Shown here: positions 10,046 to 20,578 of the stretch, piece by piece
Position numbering within the stretch: position 1 is the first letter of the stretch
Layout: each line of letters opens with the position of its first letter
NCBI GenBank assembly: GCA_025451075.1
Contig: JANWLA010000041.1
Span: 68,315 to 132,314 of the forward strand
Origin: Nitrosotalea sp.
Lineage (GTDB): Archaea; Thermoproteota; Nitrososphaeria; Nitrososphaerales; Nitrosopumilaceae
DNA length: 64,000 nt
Reading direction: 5' to 3'
Notes under the pieces: model-generated
What the model saw: the letters and a program-made list of their open reading frames with translations, nothing else
The model's database searches: none
Told to the model about the DNA's origin: nothing
Made by a program: the position numbers and the translations under genes

Positions 10046-10885
10046 ATGCTCAATACCGTATATCGCGATGCCATAAAGAAGCGTGAGGAGGCACGGTCCA
10101 TCTTCAAGGGAGAAAAGTTTGATCAAATAATCAAATCAGCCAGGGAACACTGGATTGGGTACAACCCTCAGAAAAAAGACGCCGAGATTGCAGGGATAGA
10201 TAGTAGCTACAACAGCACAAAATTCCAAGGGCTAGAATTATGGGTAGTAACAGGCATATCTGTAAAATCAGACGGCAAGATAATCACTGAAAGCCACAAC
10301 CAGGGACTAGGACAACCCACGCCTGAACTTGAGACACAGGCAAGCAAGATGGAAGTTGACGCATGCATCAACTCCATTGACAAGGCAGACGTGGTTATAC
10401 TAGATGGCTCGCTTTATTCACAGTTTCTTACGAGGCAGACATCACTTGGCAATTCCATCACATCTGCAATAAAAAAGAGAAACAATGTAATTTTCATATC
10501 AAAGACATCATCAGCAAGAAAACAATTTGAAAAATTTGGTTCCATGGCAGGAGATATTTTCTATTACAATCATGCAGTAAAGACACCAGGCTTTAGCAAG
10601 ATACTTGTTGACACAAGTCTTGGACCAGGAAAAGTTGTATCATATGTTTATGCAAGGCTTAGAGATTCCACGCCTTTGATCAAAATCGAACTTTTAGGTT
10701 CAGACCATAGTGAAGATGAAATAAAATTACTTCTTGACATGATAACAAAAAATAGTGTAGGGGGATATCCATACTCATTGAAACTTGCTCATGAAAACTG
10801 CAAGATATCAAATTCGGATCTTGCAAGACTTGTTAGTCTATATGGACTTGGAAACGAGATTGGTTCAAGAGAGGTATTGAGTTGA
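10046..10885 (+). CDS. nurA: NurA 5'-3' nuclease
   Basis: AGIDSS, ILDGSL, ISKTS, GGYPYSLKLAH; start at MLNTVY (ATG 10046); first gene of nurA-herA-mre11-rad50. Confidence 0.9.
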   Translation: MLNTVYRDAIKKREEARSIFKGEKFDQIIKSAREHWIGYNPQKKDAEIAGIDSSYNSTKFQGLELWVVTGISVKSDGKIITESHNQGLGQPTPELETQASKMEVDACINSIDKADVVILDGSLYSQFLTRQTSLGNSITSAIKKRNNVIFISKTSSARKQFEKFGSMAGDIFYYNHAVKTPGFSKILVDTSLGPGKVVSYVYARLRDSTPLIKIELLGSDHSEDEIKLLLDMITKNSVGGYPYSLKLAHENCKISNSDLARLVSLYGLGNEIGSREVLS

Positions 10886-12402
10886 CAATAGGTGTAGTAA
10901 TTGGAGAATCAAGACCAACTGATGTCACTGCCCAATCATCAAAACCGCTTTCAGTTGGAGAATATGTAATAATTGATTCCCAGGATGGACAAATTCTAGG
11001 CCTTGTTGAAAAATCCATCATATCAAGTGAGGCATTAACAGATGTCAGAAATTTTGATGAAGCAGTTGAAAGCAAGGAAGTTGCAGACATTAATTCAAGA
11101 GATAAAAATTACAAGGTAAAAATTGGGATACTGGGCTTTTTGGACAAACTGCAAAAAGGCCAAATGATCTTGCCTGCAGTGCCACCGCTCCCCGGAACTT
11201 CAATCCTGGAAGCCACACAAAAAGATCTGGGTGTGATATTTGGACCTGTAACAGAAGAATGGGTCAGGATTGGCTCGCTGTTGAGAAATTCAAGTATTGA
11301 AGCCAAGATAAATGTAAACAAGATTGTATCAAGGCACCTGGCCATACTTGCAATGACAGGCATGGGAAAAAGCAATCTTGTGTCTTTAATTGCAAGACAT
11401 GTTGCATCACTGAACGGCACACTGATTATTTTTGATTACCACAATGACTATGAGAATCTTGATGTTCCAAAAATGAACTATATGCTAGCAAAGATAAATC
11501 CTAGACTATTGCCTGCTGACAAGTTGGCAGAAGTAATCGAACTCAGAGAGAATGCAGACAAACAGCAAAGAGCATTGCGTGAATCATTTACAGAGTCAGT
11601 CAAACAGTCAAAGGATTTCTGGCAAGCCCTTGAAGAGAGTGCCGCATCCTTTGGGCACACCACCAAGGGCTATGCAGACAGTGCAAGTAGGGTACTGGAC
11701 AAAATAGATGATGCAAAACATAGATTCTCAGACATACTGGACCCAGATTGCGGAGACCCAGTAGATCTCATCAAGGAAGGTAGAGTTAATGTATTGAACA
11801 TATCAGAGCTCAGTGAAAGGCAGGCAAATGCTGGACTGGCATATTACTTGCAAGAATTATTACAGCATAGAAAAGATGCAGTCTGGGAAAGAAAAGGAAA
11901 ATCATCAGGCAAAAAAAGCAATAGATTCCTTGCACCAATATTTGTAATAATAGAAGAGGCCCATGTCTTTATTCCAAAAGGGGAACACACTGATACCAAG
12001 TACTGGGCATCAAAGGTAGCACGAGAAGGCCGCAAGTTTGGAATCGGCCTTGGCGTTGTTTCACAGAGACCAAGAAATATCGATCCCAATGTACTAAGCC
12101 AGATGGGCTCGCTTGCAATAATGAAGATAGTCCAAGACGATGATCAGCAACAGATTGCATCTGCTGCAGAGTCACTAAGCAAGGATCTTCTCTCACAGCT
12201 TTCGTCTCTGAACATTGGTGACGCTGTCTTGATTGGACAGTGGGTAAACCTGCCGTCAATTGTTCACGTCGATGAAGTCAAGAGCAAGAAATCAGGCTCT
12301 GATCTAAATGCAGTATCGGAATGGAACCAGGCCGATAAATTCAAAGAAGTTGCAAGAGAATCAACCAAGTCAATGATTCAAAAAGACTTGTTGCTTGATT
12401 GA
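10882..12402 (+). CDS. herA: HerA helicase/translocase
   Basis: HAS-barrel N-terminus, RHLAILAMTGMGKS, IIEEAH, REGRKFG, SQRP. Confidence 0.92.
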   Translation: MTIGVVIGESRPTDVTAQSSKPLSVGEYVIIDSQDGQILGLVEKSIISSEALTDVRNFDEAVESKEVADINSRDKNYKVKIGILGFLDKLQKGQMILPAVPPLPGTSILEATQKDLGVIFGPVTEEWVRIGSLLRNSSIEAKINVNKIVSRHLAILAMTGMGKSNLVSLIARHVASLNGTLIIFDYHNDYENLDVPKMNYMLAKINPRLLPADKLAEVIELRENADKQQRALRESFTESVKQSKDFWQALEESAASFGHTTKGYADSASRVLDKIDDAKHRFSDILDPDCGDPVDLIKEGRVNVLNISELSERQANAGLAYYLQELLQHRKDAVWERKGKSSGKKSNRFLAPIFVIIEEAHVFIPKGEHTDTKYWASKVAREGRKFGIGLGVVSQRPRNIDPNVLSQMGSLAIMKIVQDDDQQQIASAAESLSKDLLSQLSSLNIGDAVLIGQWVNLPSIVHVDEVKSKKSGSDLNAVSEWNQADKFKEVARESTKSMIQKDLLLD

Positions 12403-12403
12403 G

Positions 12404-13558
12404 ATGATCTTTTCACATATTTCTGACACTCATTTGGGTTTTGTACAATACCACTCAGAAGAGCGTGAAAATGATGTGTACACTGCATTTGACCAGGCAA
12501 TTGACATATCCATAAAAGACCATGTTGATTTTGTCATATTTGCCGGAGACATATTCCATGTGCCAAATCCAAGCGGAAAGGCAATTGTTGTTTTAGCAAA
12601 CGCCCTAAAACGCCTAAAGCAAAGCAGTATTGATTCTTTTTTCATTCTAGGAGAACATGATATCAGCAGAATGAGGGCAACACCTGTTCCCTTTGTATAC
12701 AACAATCTAGAGTTTTCAAAATATATTGGAAACGGCAAGCCATTTGTGTACAGAGATGTTTTAATCACAGGTTTTGACAAACGCAGAAAGGCAGAGATTG
12801 AATCATTTGAAGAAGATTTTGCAAGAGTAGATGCAGAAGTCAAAAAACACCAGGGACACAAGATACTAGTTTTGCACCAGGGGATTACGGAAATCAACAA
12901 GTTTGCAGGAGAGTTGAATTCAGTGGATCTGCCAAAGAATTTCACATATTATGCAATGGGTCACCTTCACGAGCAAGAGCTAAAACAATTTTCCCACCTG
13001 GGAGGCCCGTTGGTATATCCTGGGTCAATTGAGCTAACATCAAGCGAGGGAATAAAAGAAACGCAAAAGGGGTTTTACCAAGTAGACATTTCAAGGTCAG
13101 AGCCATCCCCAACATGGGCAAAACTTGACACGCGTCCCCAGTTTTCTATCAAGACCTCCATGGGTGACATTTCAAGCGAGGTAGATAAAATTGCTGAAAA
13201 GATAAAATCTCTTGCAAGAAAACCTGTGATCGAACTAAAAATTACAGGCGAGATTCCAGAGCCAGGGCTGATACAAACACAAGTTTCCAAGTTGTCAGAC
13301 CTAGCATTGCGTTGCTTTTGGAGACATGTCTCCAATGATCAGTCAAGCGGATCTGTCTTTATGGACAGACCAGTAAAGATTGAAGACGAGATGTATAAAA
13401 TTGCAAAAGAGATACTTGGCTCAAACGACATGGCAAATTTTGCAATAAACGAACTCTTACCGTTATTATCAAGAGGCCACACAGATGAGGCAAGCCAGGC
13501 AGTTGCTGACAATTTTATAAAATTCAAAAAAGGAGTAGAACATGCTACAATCAGTTGA
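12404..13558 (+). CDS. mre11: Mre11 nuclease
   Basis: HISDTHLG, AGDIFH, GEHD, LHQG, YAMGHLH, YPGS. Confidence 0.92.
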   Translation: MIFSHISDTHLGFVQYHSEERENDVYTAFDQAIDISIKDHVDFVIFAGDIFHVPNPSGKAIVVLANALKRLKQSSIDSFFILGEHDISRMRATPVPFVYNNLEFSKYIGNGKPFVYRDVLITGFDKRRKAEIESFEEDFARVDAEVKKHQGHKILVLHQGITEINKFAGELNSVDLPKNFTYYAMGHLHEQELKQFSHLGGPLVYPGSIELTSSEGIKETQKGFYQVDISRSEPSPTWAKLDTRPQFSIKTSMGDISSEVDKIAEKIKSLARKPVIELKITGEIPEPGLIQTQVSKLSDLALRCFWRHVSNDQSSGSVFMDRPVKIEDEMYKIAKEILGSNDMANFAINELLPLLSRGHTDEASQAVADNFIKFKKGVEHATIS

Positions 13559-15617
13559 ACTTGAAAATTTCCTTTCCCACAAGAATACTAAACTAACATT
13601 TGACAGGGGAGTTACAGTATTTGTAGGACAAAACGGTGCTGGAAAATCAAGCATCATAGATGCAATAACATTTGCATTGTTTGGAGAGCATCTCAGAAAA
13701 TCAACAAAGGGACTTTTGCGCAGAGGGAGTAACCAGGCATATGCCAAAGTAGAGTTTTCCATACAAAACAGGCAGTTTGAGGCCGTGCGCAAGATAGACT
13801 CCAAGGGAACAGTGGGGGCAGTGCTGCATGAAAAGATCAATGGCGAACTAATCCCACTTGCTGCCGGAGAACGAAAACAGTTTGGCGAGTCCATGACAAA
13901 GACAATAGAATCCCTAATAGGGCTAGACTTTGAAAAACTAAAAGTTGCATCCATTGTACAGCAAGGGGAACTGCAGACAATAATTGAAGCAGATCCCAAG
14001 AAATTCAAAGAACTAGTCAATGCAATAATTGGCATTGACAAGCTTGACATGGCTTTTGAGTCAATGAAAAAAACAATAGACTATTTCAGAGCCACGGTAC
14101 GAACTAGACTGGATTATGATGATACCAATATGGACACATTACAAAACAGAGTTGGCACACTCTCAAAAGAGATTTCATCCTTAGAGCCACAAAAAAAGAA
14201 GCTCGAGTCAGATAAGGTATCACAAGAGCAAGAATTTGTGTTGCTGCAAAAAAACATTGAATCTGAGACGCCAAAGGAAGCAAAGATAAAAGAGCTTGAA
14301 AATAAAAAGGACGATCTTCTCAGATATCTTAGAAATTCCATAGTTTCAATGAAGCGGGAACTCTCAGAAAAAGAGAGAAAGTTTGCAGAGTGCACAAACA
14401 GTTTGTCGATTTTATCTCTCAAATCACAGGTTGAGTCAGACATGAGACAGGCGCAATCAGATATTGACAGAATCAACGCCGAGTCAAAAAAGACTGGAGA
14501 GATGATAGCAACCATACGAGGCCAACAAGATATTGCAAACAAACTGCACCTAGTAGATGGTAAATGCCCCGTCTGTGACTCTAAAGTTGACAAGCTCAAT
14601 CCATTGTTTGATGAAAAGCACATCACATCAGAACTTGAATCATTAAAGAAAAAAACAGAACTGTTGGCAAAAGACAACATTACAATTCAAAGCAAGAAAA
14701 AAGAACTAGATATGAAGATATCACAAATCACAAAAGCCGAAGGAGTCCTGTCTTTGAACAACATCAAAAGCCAGAATGACTTGGTAAATCTAGGAGAGGA
14801 GATATCAAAATTACAGGTCAGTACCAAAGACATACCTCTTGAGATAAGTTCAGGAAACCTGGTGCAATATGCAATTGACGAGTATTCCACAGATATAATA
14901 AAATCAATATCCACACTGGTTCAAGAGACCCAGGGTTTTGATGTCAATAACTTTAGAAATTTGAAACTAAAACTAGATCAACAAAGAAGAACCCTCAGCA
15001 CATTAGACCAAGACATTGGTTCAGTAAATACAAAATTAAATCTATACAAAGACGAGTCTGCAAAAATCTCTTCAATTTTATCAGAACTGCAAGATGTAAA
15101 ACAATACGTCTCAAGCCTTGAGACAATACGCAGTCAAATTTACAACAGGGATGGACCTGTTGCCACAAGCCTTCGTTCTTGGGCCTTGGGCATGATATCA
15201 CAAAAGGCCTCAGAATATCTTTCCACGTTTAATGTAAAGATTCAGAGAATAACACTAGAAGACAAGTCAAGAGATATTACAATTACGTGCCACGCTGGAA
15301 ATTTAGAACTTGATCTAGAGTCACTAAGCGGTGGAGAAAAAGTCAGTGTGGCACTAGCACTGCGTCTTGGGATGGCCCATTTCATGGGATCATCAAATCT
15401 GAATTTTATCATACTTGACGAGCCAACTACTCACTTGGACCAAGAGAGAAGAAAATCCCTTGTAAACGTGCTTGTACAGGCATTTGAGTCAAACATTGAT
15501 GCCATTTCTCAATTTATCATCATAACACATGATTCGGAGATATTTGAAAATTCAAACATTGATGCAATCTATGACTTCAAGTCAACCCCAGAAGGAACTG
15601 TCGTTACACCAATCTAG
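13542..15617 (+). CDS. rad50: Rad50 ATPase
   Basis: GQNGAGKSS, Q-loop, CPVC zinc hook, LSGGE, ILDEPT..LD, IITHD. Confidence 0.93.
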   Translation: MLQSVELENFLSHKNTKLTFDRGVTVFVGQNGAGKSSIIDAITFALFGEHLRKSTKGLLRRGSNQAYAKVEFSIQNRQFEAVRKIDSKGTVGAVLHEKINGELIPLAAGERKQFGESMTKTIESLIGLDFEKLKVASIVQQGELQTIIEADPKKFKELVNAIIGIDKLDMAFESMKKTIDYFRATVRTRLDYDDTNMDTLQNRVGTLSKEISSLEPQKKKLESDKVSQEQEFVLLQKNIESETPKEAKIKELENKKDDLLRYLRNSIVSMKRELSEKERKFAECTNSLSILSLKSQVESDMRQAQSDIDRINAESKKTGEMIATIRGQQDIANKLHLVDGKCPVCDSKVDKLNPLFDEKHITSELESLKKKTELLAKDNITIQSKKKELDMKISQITKAEGVLSLNNIKSQNDLVNLGEEISKLQVSTKDIPLEISSGNLVQYAIDEYSTDIIKSISTLVQETQGFDVNNFRNLKLKLDQQRRTLSTLDQDIGSVNTKLNLYKDESAKISSILSELQDVKQYVSSLETIRSQIYNRDGPVATSLRSWALGMISQKASEYLSTFNVKIQRITLEDKSRDITITCHAGNLELDLESLSGGEKVSVALALRLGMAHFMGSSNLNFIILDEPTTHLDQERRKSLVNVLVQAFESNIDAISQFIIITHDSEIFENSNIDAIYDFKSTPEGTVVTPI

Positions 15618-16108
15618 CCGCCAGTCATCTTGGCAAACTTTTCATTCTTGCACAAGCTTTCCATGAATTTCAGGTTTGACAGTGCTACTACTGCAGAATC
15701 TCTTACTTGCTCACTTGAATCTTCAAGTGCTTTTTGCAGTGTTTCTTTGGCATCTTGCGAGCCGATGACTCCTAGTGCAACTGCTGCCTCATGTCTTACA
15801 AACAAACTAGGATCGTTTCTTGTTGCATCCTCTAGCGGTTTTATTCCGCTTCGAAGGCACATCTGTCCAAGCGAGAATGCAGCCTCATGTCTTACCAACT
15901 CATTAGAATCATTTTTCAGCACACTTGCAACATGCGGAACAACATCTTCTCCACCCATATCTACAAGAATGCAGACTGCTCTGCATCTTATCACAAAATC
16001 GTTATCAGTCAACAGGCCAACAAAGTATTCCTTGTCTTTTTTCTCATACTTTTCTTCCATTTCAGATAAAAGTTCGAGACGATTTGTTGGAATGACTTCC
16101 ATGCCCAT
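15614..16108 (-). CDS. HEAT/PBS-lyase repeat protein
   Basis: Repeated VRHEAA.xLG motifs. Confidence 0.85.
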   Translation of the reverse strand: MGMEVIPTNRLELLSEMEEKYEKKDKEYFVGLLTDNDFVIRCRAVCILVDMGGEDVVPHVASVLKNDSNELVRHEAAFSLGQMCLRSGIKPLEDATRNDPSLFVRHEAAVALGVIGSQDAKETLQKALEDSSEQVRDSAVVALSNLKFMESLCKNEKFAKMTGG

Positions 16109-16171
16109 GATTTTATCATCGAATATTTAGTCGTTATCAACTAGATTTACTACAAAATATTTGGTAATTTT

Positions 16172-16621
16172 TTACAGGACTGGATTTGGTTTAACTAGTC
16201 TTGATTGCAAGACCAGTTTATTTTTTTGGAAATGATCTCTTACTGCATCTTCTGATACAAGCAACTTGTCAGTGTATAGATAGACATCACCTGTGAACCT
16301 AAAAATATGCATATCTGGCATTTCTGTTTCAAGAGTTTTAGAGTCAGTCTCGCTAGTTTTTTGTAATTCTAGCAGAAATTTTTCTACCATGTCAGGAATC
16401 TTGACATATTCACTGCTCAACTCTGCGATTGCAACTGCAATATGCTGATACTTTTCAGCATCATTTTGGATTGCAATCATTCGAAATTTCTTTGTATTTT
16501 TTACTTGGCCAGTTTTCTTGTCTGTGAGAACAAATTCCCAGTCAGCATGAACTGTAGAGCACCAGGAAAACTCGTTTCTTACCTTAGACATTGCAACCTC
16601 AAAGACATCTATTTTTTTCAA
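16172..16621 (-). CDS. Hypothetical protein
   Basis: 149-aa ORF filling the gap; no recognised motif. Confidence 0.65.
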   Translation of the reverse strand: MKKIDVFEVAMSKVRNEFSWCSTVHADWEFVLTDKKTGQVKNTKKFRMIAIQNDAEKYQHIAVAIAELSSEYVKIPDMVEKFLLELQKTSETDSKTLETEMPDMHIFRFTGDVYLYTDKLLVSEDAVRDHFQKNKLVLQSRLVKPNPVL

Positions 16622-16710
16622 TTATACCCAAAAATAGTAACAAAAAATGAGGCCTTTATGTCTAGTGCTTGGACATACTGAAATGATTCCCTTAGAAAAA
16701 ATGCGGTCTG

Positions 16711-18135
16711 TCAGTATATCACGTGTTCTTTTTGTGAACGGTTCATCATGGCAGGTATTATTGATACAAGAAGCACAAATGTGGATATGTAAAATATCAA
16801 GTGCATTGAACTTGTAAAATTGGCAATTGTTGCTTCAGATGCTGTTTGGCTAGAAGAGCCCAAGAAAATGGATTCTAGTTCTGATATCGGGACAGTGCTT
16901 GCAATCAAGGCAAATGATATTCCAAGGCTCATTATATTTCCAAGCGTTACAAGTGTAGTGCTCATTCCGGCTGCAACCCCTCGTCTTTGAGGTGGAACAG
17001 AATTCATAATCGAAGATCTGTTTGGTGATGCAAAAATTCCCATACCTGCACCCACTAGTGAAAGCGGCAAGACCAGATCATTAAAACTTGTTCTAGACCC
17101 AATCTGGGAGAGTATCAAAAATCCAACAGCTGACAGTAGCAATCCAACAACAGTAAGCAGTTTTGAGCCATACTTGTCTGAAAGCCATCCACTTATCGGC
17201 CCAAATGTTGCAATTGTAAATGACACTGGAATCAAGTAAATGCCAGCTGTGAAAGGACTCAGATGCATCGAAGGTCCTTGGAGGTAAAATGCCATTATCA
17301 GCACTAATGCACCCCTTGCCAATGCATTTAGAAATATTGTAACATTGCCCGCAGAAAAAAATCTTATTTTAAAAAGAGACATGTCAAACATTGGCTCCTT
17401 TATTTTGGATTCAACATACGCAAACAATGCCAATAGCAAAAATCCTCCAGATATGAGAAGTATTGCGTCAAAAGAATTTACCACCTGTAGCGAACCAAAT
17501 GTGATTCCAAGCATCATCAATGTAAGACCTACAACTAGAATCAAATTTCCAATCCAGTCTATCTTGCCTTTTACAATAGAGCCCAGTTCTCGAAGTTTTG
17601 CCCTAGACCATATAATTGCAAAAATTCCAATTGGTATATTGACCCAAAAGATTGCTCTCCAACCAAGTGTTTCAGTAAGTATTCCTCCAAGCACCAAACC
17701 CAATGCAGAACCAATTACAATAGAAACCTGGTTTAGCCCAAGGGCTTTGCCCCTTTCTTTGGCATCAAAGGCATCTGTTAGTATGGCAGCGCTGTTAGAG
17801 AACAAGAATGCGGCACCAAGGGCCTGGATTATCCTAAACATTATCAGTTCTGGTCCAGTTTGAGCAAGGCTACAAAGAAACGATGCAATCGTGAAAAGTA
17901 CTAGCCCAAAGTTGTACAGTTTTACCCTGCCAAACATATCTGCCAATCTGCCAAAGCTAAGAAGGACTGATGTTGTGACAAGGCCATATGAGAGAATTAT
18001 CCATATTGTCTCAATGAGGGAAGCATGTAGATCAGGGACAAGCCTTGGAAGTGCAATGATTAGGATATTGGCATCAAGTGATGCCATCAATATGCATATT
18101 GTAGTATTAGTTAGCGCTATCCACTTGTATTGCAT
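16711..18135 (-). CDS. MFS transporter, DHA2 (14-TM) efflux type
   Basis: GRLADMFGR motif A, ERGKALG, GWRAIFWVNIPIG. Confidence 0.9.
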   Translation of the reverse strand: MQYKWIALTNTTICILMASLDANILIIALPRLVPDLHASLIETIWIILSYGLVTTSVLLSFGRLADMFGRVKLYNFGLVLFTIASFLCSLAQTGPELIMFRIIQALGAAFLFSNSAAILTDAFDAKERGKALGLNQVSIVIGSALGLVLGGILTETLGWRAIFWVNIPIGIFAIIWSRAKLRELGSIVKGKIDWIGNLILVVGLTLMMLGITFGSLQVVNSFDAILLISGGFLLLALFAYVESKIKEPMFDMSLFKIRFFSAGNVTIFLNALARGALVLIMAFYLQGPSMHLSPFTAGIYLIPVSFTIATFGPISGWLSDKYGSKLLTVVGLLLSAVGFLILSQIGSRTSFNDLVLPLSLVGAGMGIFASPNRSSIMNSVPPQRRGVAAGMSTTLVTLGNIMSLGISFALIASTVPISELESIFLGSSSQTASEATIANFTSSMHLIFYISTFVLLVSIIPAMMNRSQKEHVIY

Positions 18136-18205
18136 TATTTTGGCTTGAATAAATTGCTATAAATCTCATGTTGATTTCATCTAGCACCAGAGTTTTAGAA
18201 AAAAT

Positions 18206-18934
18206 CTAGTCGTTGACTAGATATTTCTGGGGCAGATCGATTAGAATCAGTTCAGTTGGAGCATCTGCACGTATTATAATATCATCTTCTTTTGATATCA
18301 TTGCAGCATCCCTTGTCTGCAGCATATGATTGCCCAGTTTTATTTTTCCATCAATTACAAACAAGTACGATTGCCGTCCAGAACCTAACTTGTGTTCTAC
18401 CTGATTGTTGGCAGAAATAGTTGCAAGATAAAATGCGGCATCTTGGTGAATGTGCAATGCATCAGGGGCAGATGTGTTTTCAGATACAACCACTGGTACA
18501 AGCTTGTTCATCCTTTCTTGTTTTGTGAATTTTTTCTGCTCCCAAGATGGTGCCAGTCCTTTTTTATTTGCAAACACCCACATTTGTAATAGTCTTAATG
18601 GTTTTTCTTTTGAAGGGTTTGATTCTGCATGCATTATTCCAGAACCTGCAGTCATTCGTTGAACTTCACCAGGATATATCACGCCATGATTTCCTTGGTT
18701 GTCCTTGTGTTCTAGTTCCCCGTCTATGACATAGGTTATGATCTCCATGTCTCGGTGATGGTGAAAGTCAAATCCCGTGCCGGGCCGTATTTCATCATCA
18801 TTGAATACACGCAACGGTCCAAAGTTCATCTTGTCTGGATTTTGATAATCTGCAAACGAAAAGTGGTGGTACGTGGTAAGCCAGTCAGTCTTGTTTTGAT
18901 AGTGCTCGTTTGCTCGGATGATTCTAGCACTCAT
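18206..18934 (-). CDS. Pirin family protein (YhhW-like)
   Basis: HHFSFADY, FGPLRVFNDD, HHHRDMEI, MTAGSGIMHAE. Confidence 0.92.
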   Translation of the reverse strand: MSARIIRANEHYQNKTDWLTTYHHFSFADYQNPDKMNFGPLRVFNDDEIRPGTGFDFHHHRDMEIITYVIDGELEHKDNQGNHGVIYPGEVQRMTAGSGIMHAESNPSKEKPLRLLQMWVFANKKGLAPSWEQKKFTKQERMNKLVPVVVSENTSAPDALHIHQDAAFYLATISANNQVEHKLGSGRQSYLFVIDGKIKLGNHMLQTRDAAMISKEDDIIIRADAPTELILIDLPQKYLVND

Positions 18935-19869
18935 TTTGACATCTCTAGACTTTTTCTTATCACTTTGGCAACATTTCGTATTGTCACGCTGCTTATGCCA
19001 GACGCTTTGGCAATTTGGTCTTGGGTGGCTTTTTCTCCATTAAGTATTGCAGATAGGAATAGTGCAGTAGCCGCAAGCGACACTGGATTCTTCCCATCTA
19101 CAATTCCTTTTTGCTTGGATTTTTCTATGATATCAAGCGCATCTCTTTTTGCCTTTTCACTTAGACCCACAGATGTCCCAATCTTTGATACAAACTCTGA
19201 TGGGTTCAACGAATCTACGCGCAGTTCCAATGCCTTGACAAATACCCTATAGTGTCTTGACAGATTCTTAAACGAGATATTTCCTGCATCGGAAACGTCC
19301 TGCAAGGTTCGTGGCACGCCAGATTCTCTGCATGCTATGTATAGTGCAGAGAGGATCATTCCAGATATTGTTCGTCCTCGAATAATATTTTTTGTCAACG
19401 CCTTTCTATACAGGTAAGCGGCTCGTTCAACTACAGCATCTGAAACATCAAGCTTTGGCTGGATTGTACCCATTATTACAAATGCAGAACGCAAGTTTCT
19501 TTCAGCAGAACTTGATTTGCTTCTGCTGTCCCATGTTCGCAGTCTGTTAAACGTATACTTCATGTATGTTGATATAGAATTTCCCGATGCATCCTTGTCA
19601 GTGTGTCCTATTATGGTAGACAATCCCTTGTCATGAATTGACAGGGCAGAGCCAAGTCCTGTTCTTGTGCTGTTGGCATAATCATCTGGTGTAAATGATC
19701 TTTGTTCAGATCCAGAATCTTCTGTCTTGTCTGTAATTACTGCACCACAGCTAGCACATAGAATTTCCCCACGAACACTGTCTGTTATCAGCGGTCCATG
19801 CAAGTTACCGCTATGTGCGCATATGTTCTTATTTTCAAATACGAGTTTTTGTTTTTTATCAGATATCAT
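18931..19869 (-). CDS. tfb: Transcription initiation factor IIB paralog
   Basis: RGEILCASCG ribbon, HDKGLST, RLRTWD, ERNL, LYIACRE..PRTL, GKNP, VTIRN. Confidence 0.92.
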   Translation of the reverse strand: MISDKKQKLVFENKNICAHSGNLHGPLITDSVRGEILCASCGAVITDKTEDSGSEQRSFTPDDYANSTRTGLGSALSIHDKGLSTIIGHTDKDASGNSISTYMKYTFNRLRTWDSRSKSSSAERNLRSAFVIMGTIQPKLDVSDAVVERAAYLYRKALTKNIIRGRTISGMILSALYIACRESGVPRTLQDVSDAGNISFKNLSRHYRVFVKALELRVDSLNPSEFVSKIGTSVGLSEKAKRDALDIIEKSKQKGIVDGKNPVSLAATALFLSAILNGEKATQDQIAKASGISSVTIRNVAKVIRKSLEMSK

Positions 19870-19870
19870 T

Positions 19871-19887
19871 TGTATAGTTACTATACA
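19871..19887. promoter_or_regulatory. Palindrome TGTATAGT-T-ACTATACA, putative operator between the tfb TATA box and start codon
   Basis: Perfect 8-bp arms; minus-strand TATA-like CTTAAATAA at 19896-19904. Confidence 0.6.
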
Positions 19888-19973
19888 CTTGTATGTTATT
19901 TAAGATGGTAAGTGAGGATATGTGTATCAGATTAACTCAAGGTAAGCGCCCATGACTGGACAATATACCATAC

Positions 19974-20381
19974 CTAGGCAGCTTCTGGTGGTTTTGCGTA
20001 GATCTCTTTTAAGATTCGGGGTTTGCCATCTTTGAATATATCCTTGGCGCAGTACTGCATGGAAAAGGCAGCCATGGATTCAAGAATGGGGTTTAGTGCA
20101 AGCCCCTTTTTTGTTATCACATATTCAATTTTAACAGGAGTTCCGGCATAGATTCGCTTCTCAATTATGCCATTTTTCTCCATTTCCCTCAGTCGTGCTG
20201 AGAGAGTTTTTGGGTTTATCCCCTCTACAGAATCCAAGAACTGGTTGAATCTTGTCTGGCCAAGCTTTGTCATGTTACGCAAAATATGCACGGTGAATTT
20301 TTTTCCAATAATTTTAAAAGTATTATCAATAGGGCACGCCTTGAGAGATTCAAGCAAATGTTTGCATTCTTCTTCTTTCAA
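19974..20381 (-). CDS. HxlR/DUF24-family winged-helix regulator
   Basis: ACPIDNTFKIIGKKF, RFNQF, INPKTLSARLREME, PVKIEY..TKKG. Confidence 0.9.
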   Translation of the reverse strand: MKEEECKHLLESLKACPIDNTFKIIGKKFTVHILRNMTKLGQTRFNQFLDSVEGINPKTLSARLREMEKNGIIEKRIYAGTPVKIEYVITKKGLALNPILESMAAFSMQYCAKDIFKDGKPRILKEIYAKPPEAA

Positions 20382-20463
20382 CTTACCATTTCCTCAGTCG
20401 ATATATCTAATATCACTTTCTAATTTATATGCTTACCTTTGTATATCTAATATAAGAAACAAC

Positions 20464-20550
20464 ATGACAACTCATACACAACACACGCACCAGTGGACTG
20501 TCACATCAAATCACTGGCAATGCAGCACATGTGGAAAGACATACGGCTAA
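20464..20550 (+). CDS. Putative 28-aa HxH/CxxC microprotein
   Basis: MTTHTQHTHQWTVTSNHWQCSTCGKTYG*; TATA-like TTTATAT at 20424-20430. Confidence 0.45.
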   Translation: MTTHTQHTHQWTVTSNHWQCSTCGKTYG

Positions 20551-20578
20551 GCCCACCAACTTTCCAACTTTTTTGTAT

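Noticed and set aside
10046-15617. nurA-herA-mre11-rad50 as a novel defence system
   Set aside because: Canonical archaeal double-strand-break repair operon.
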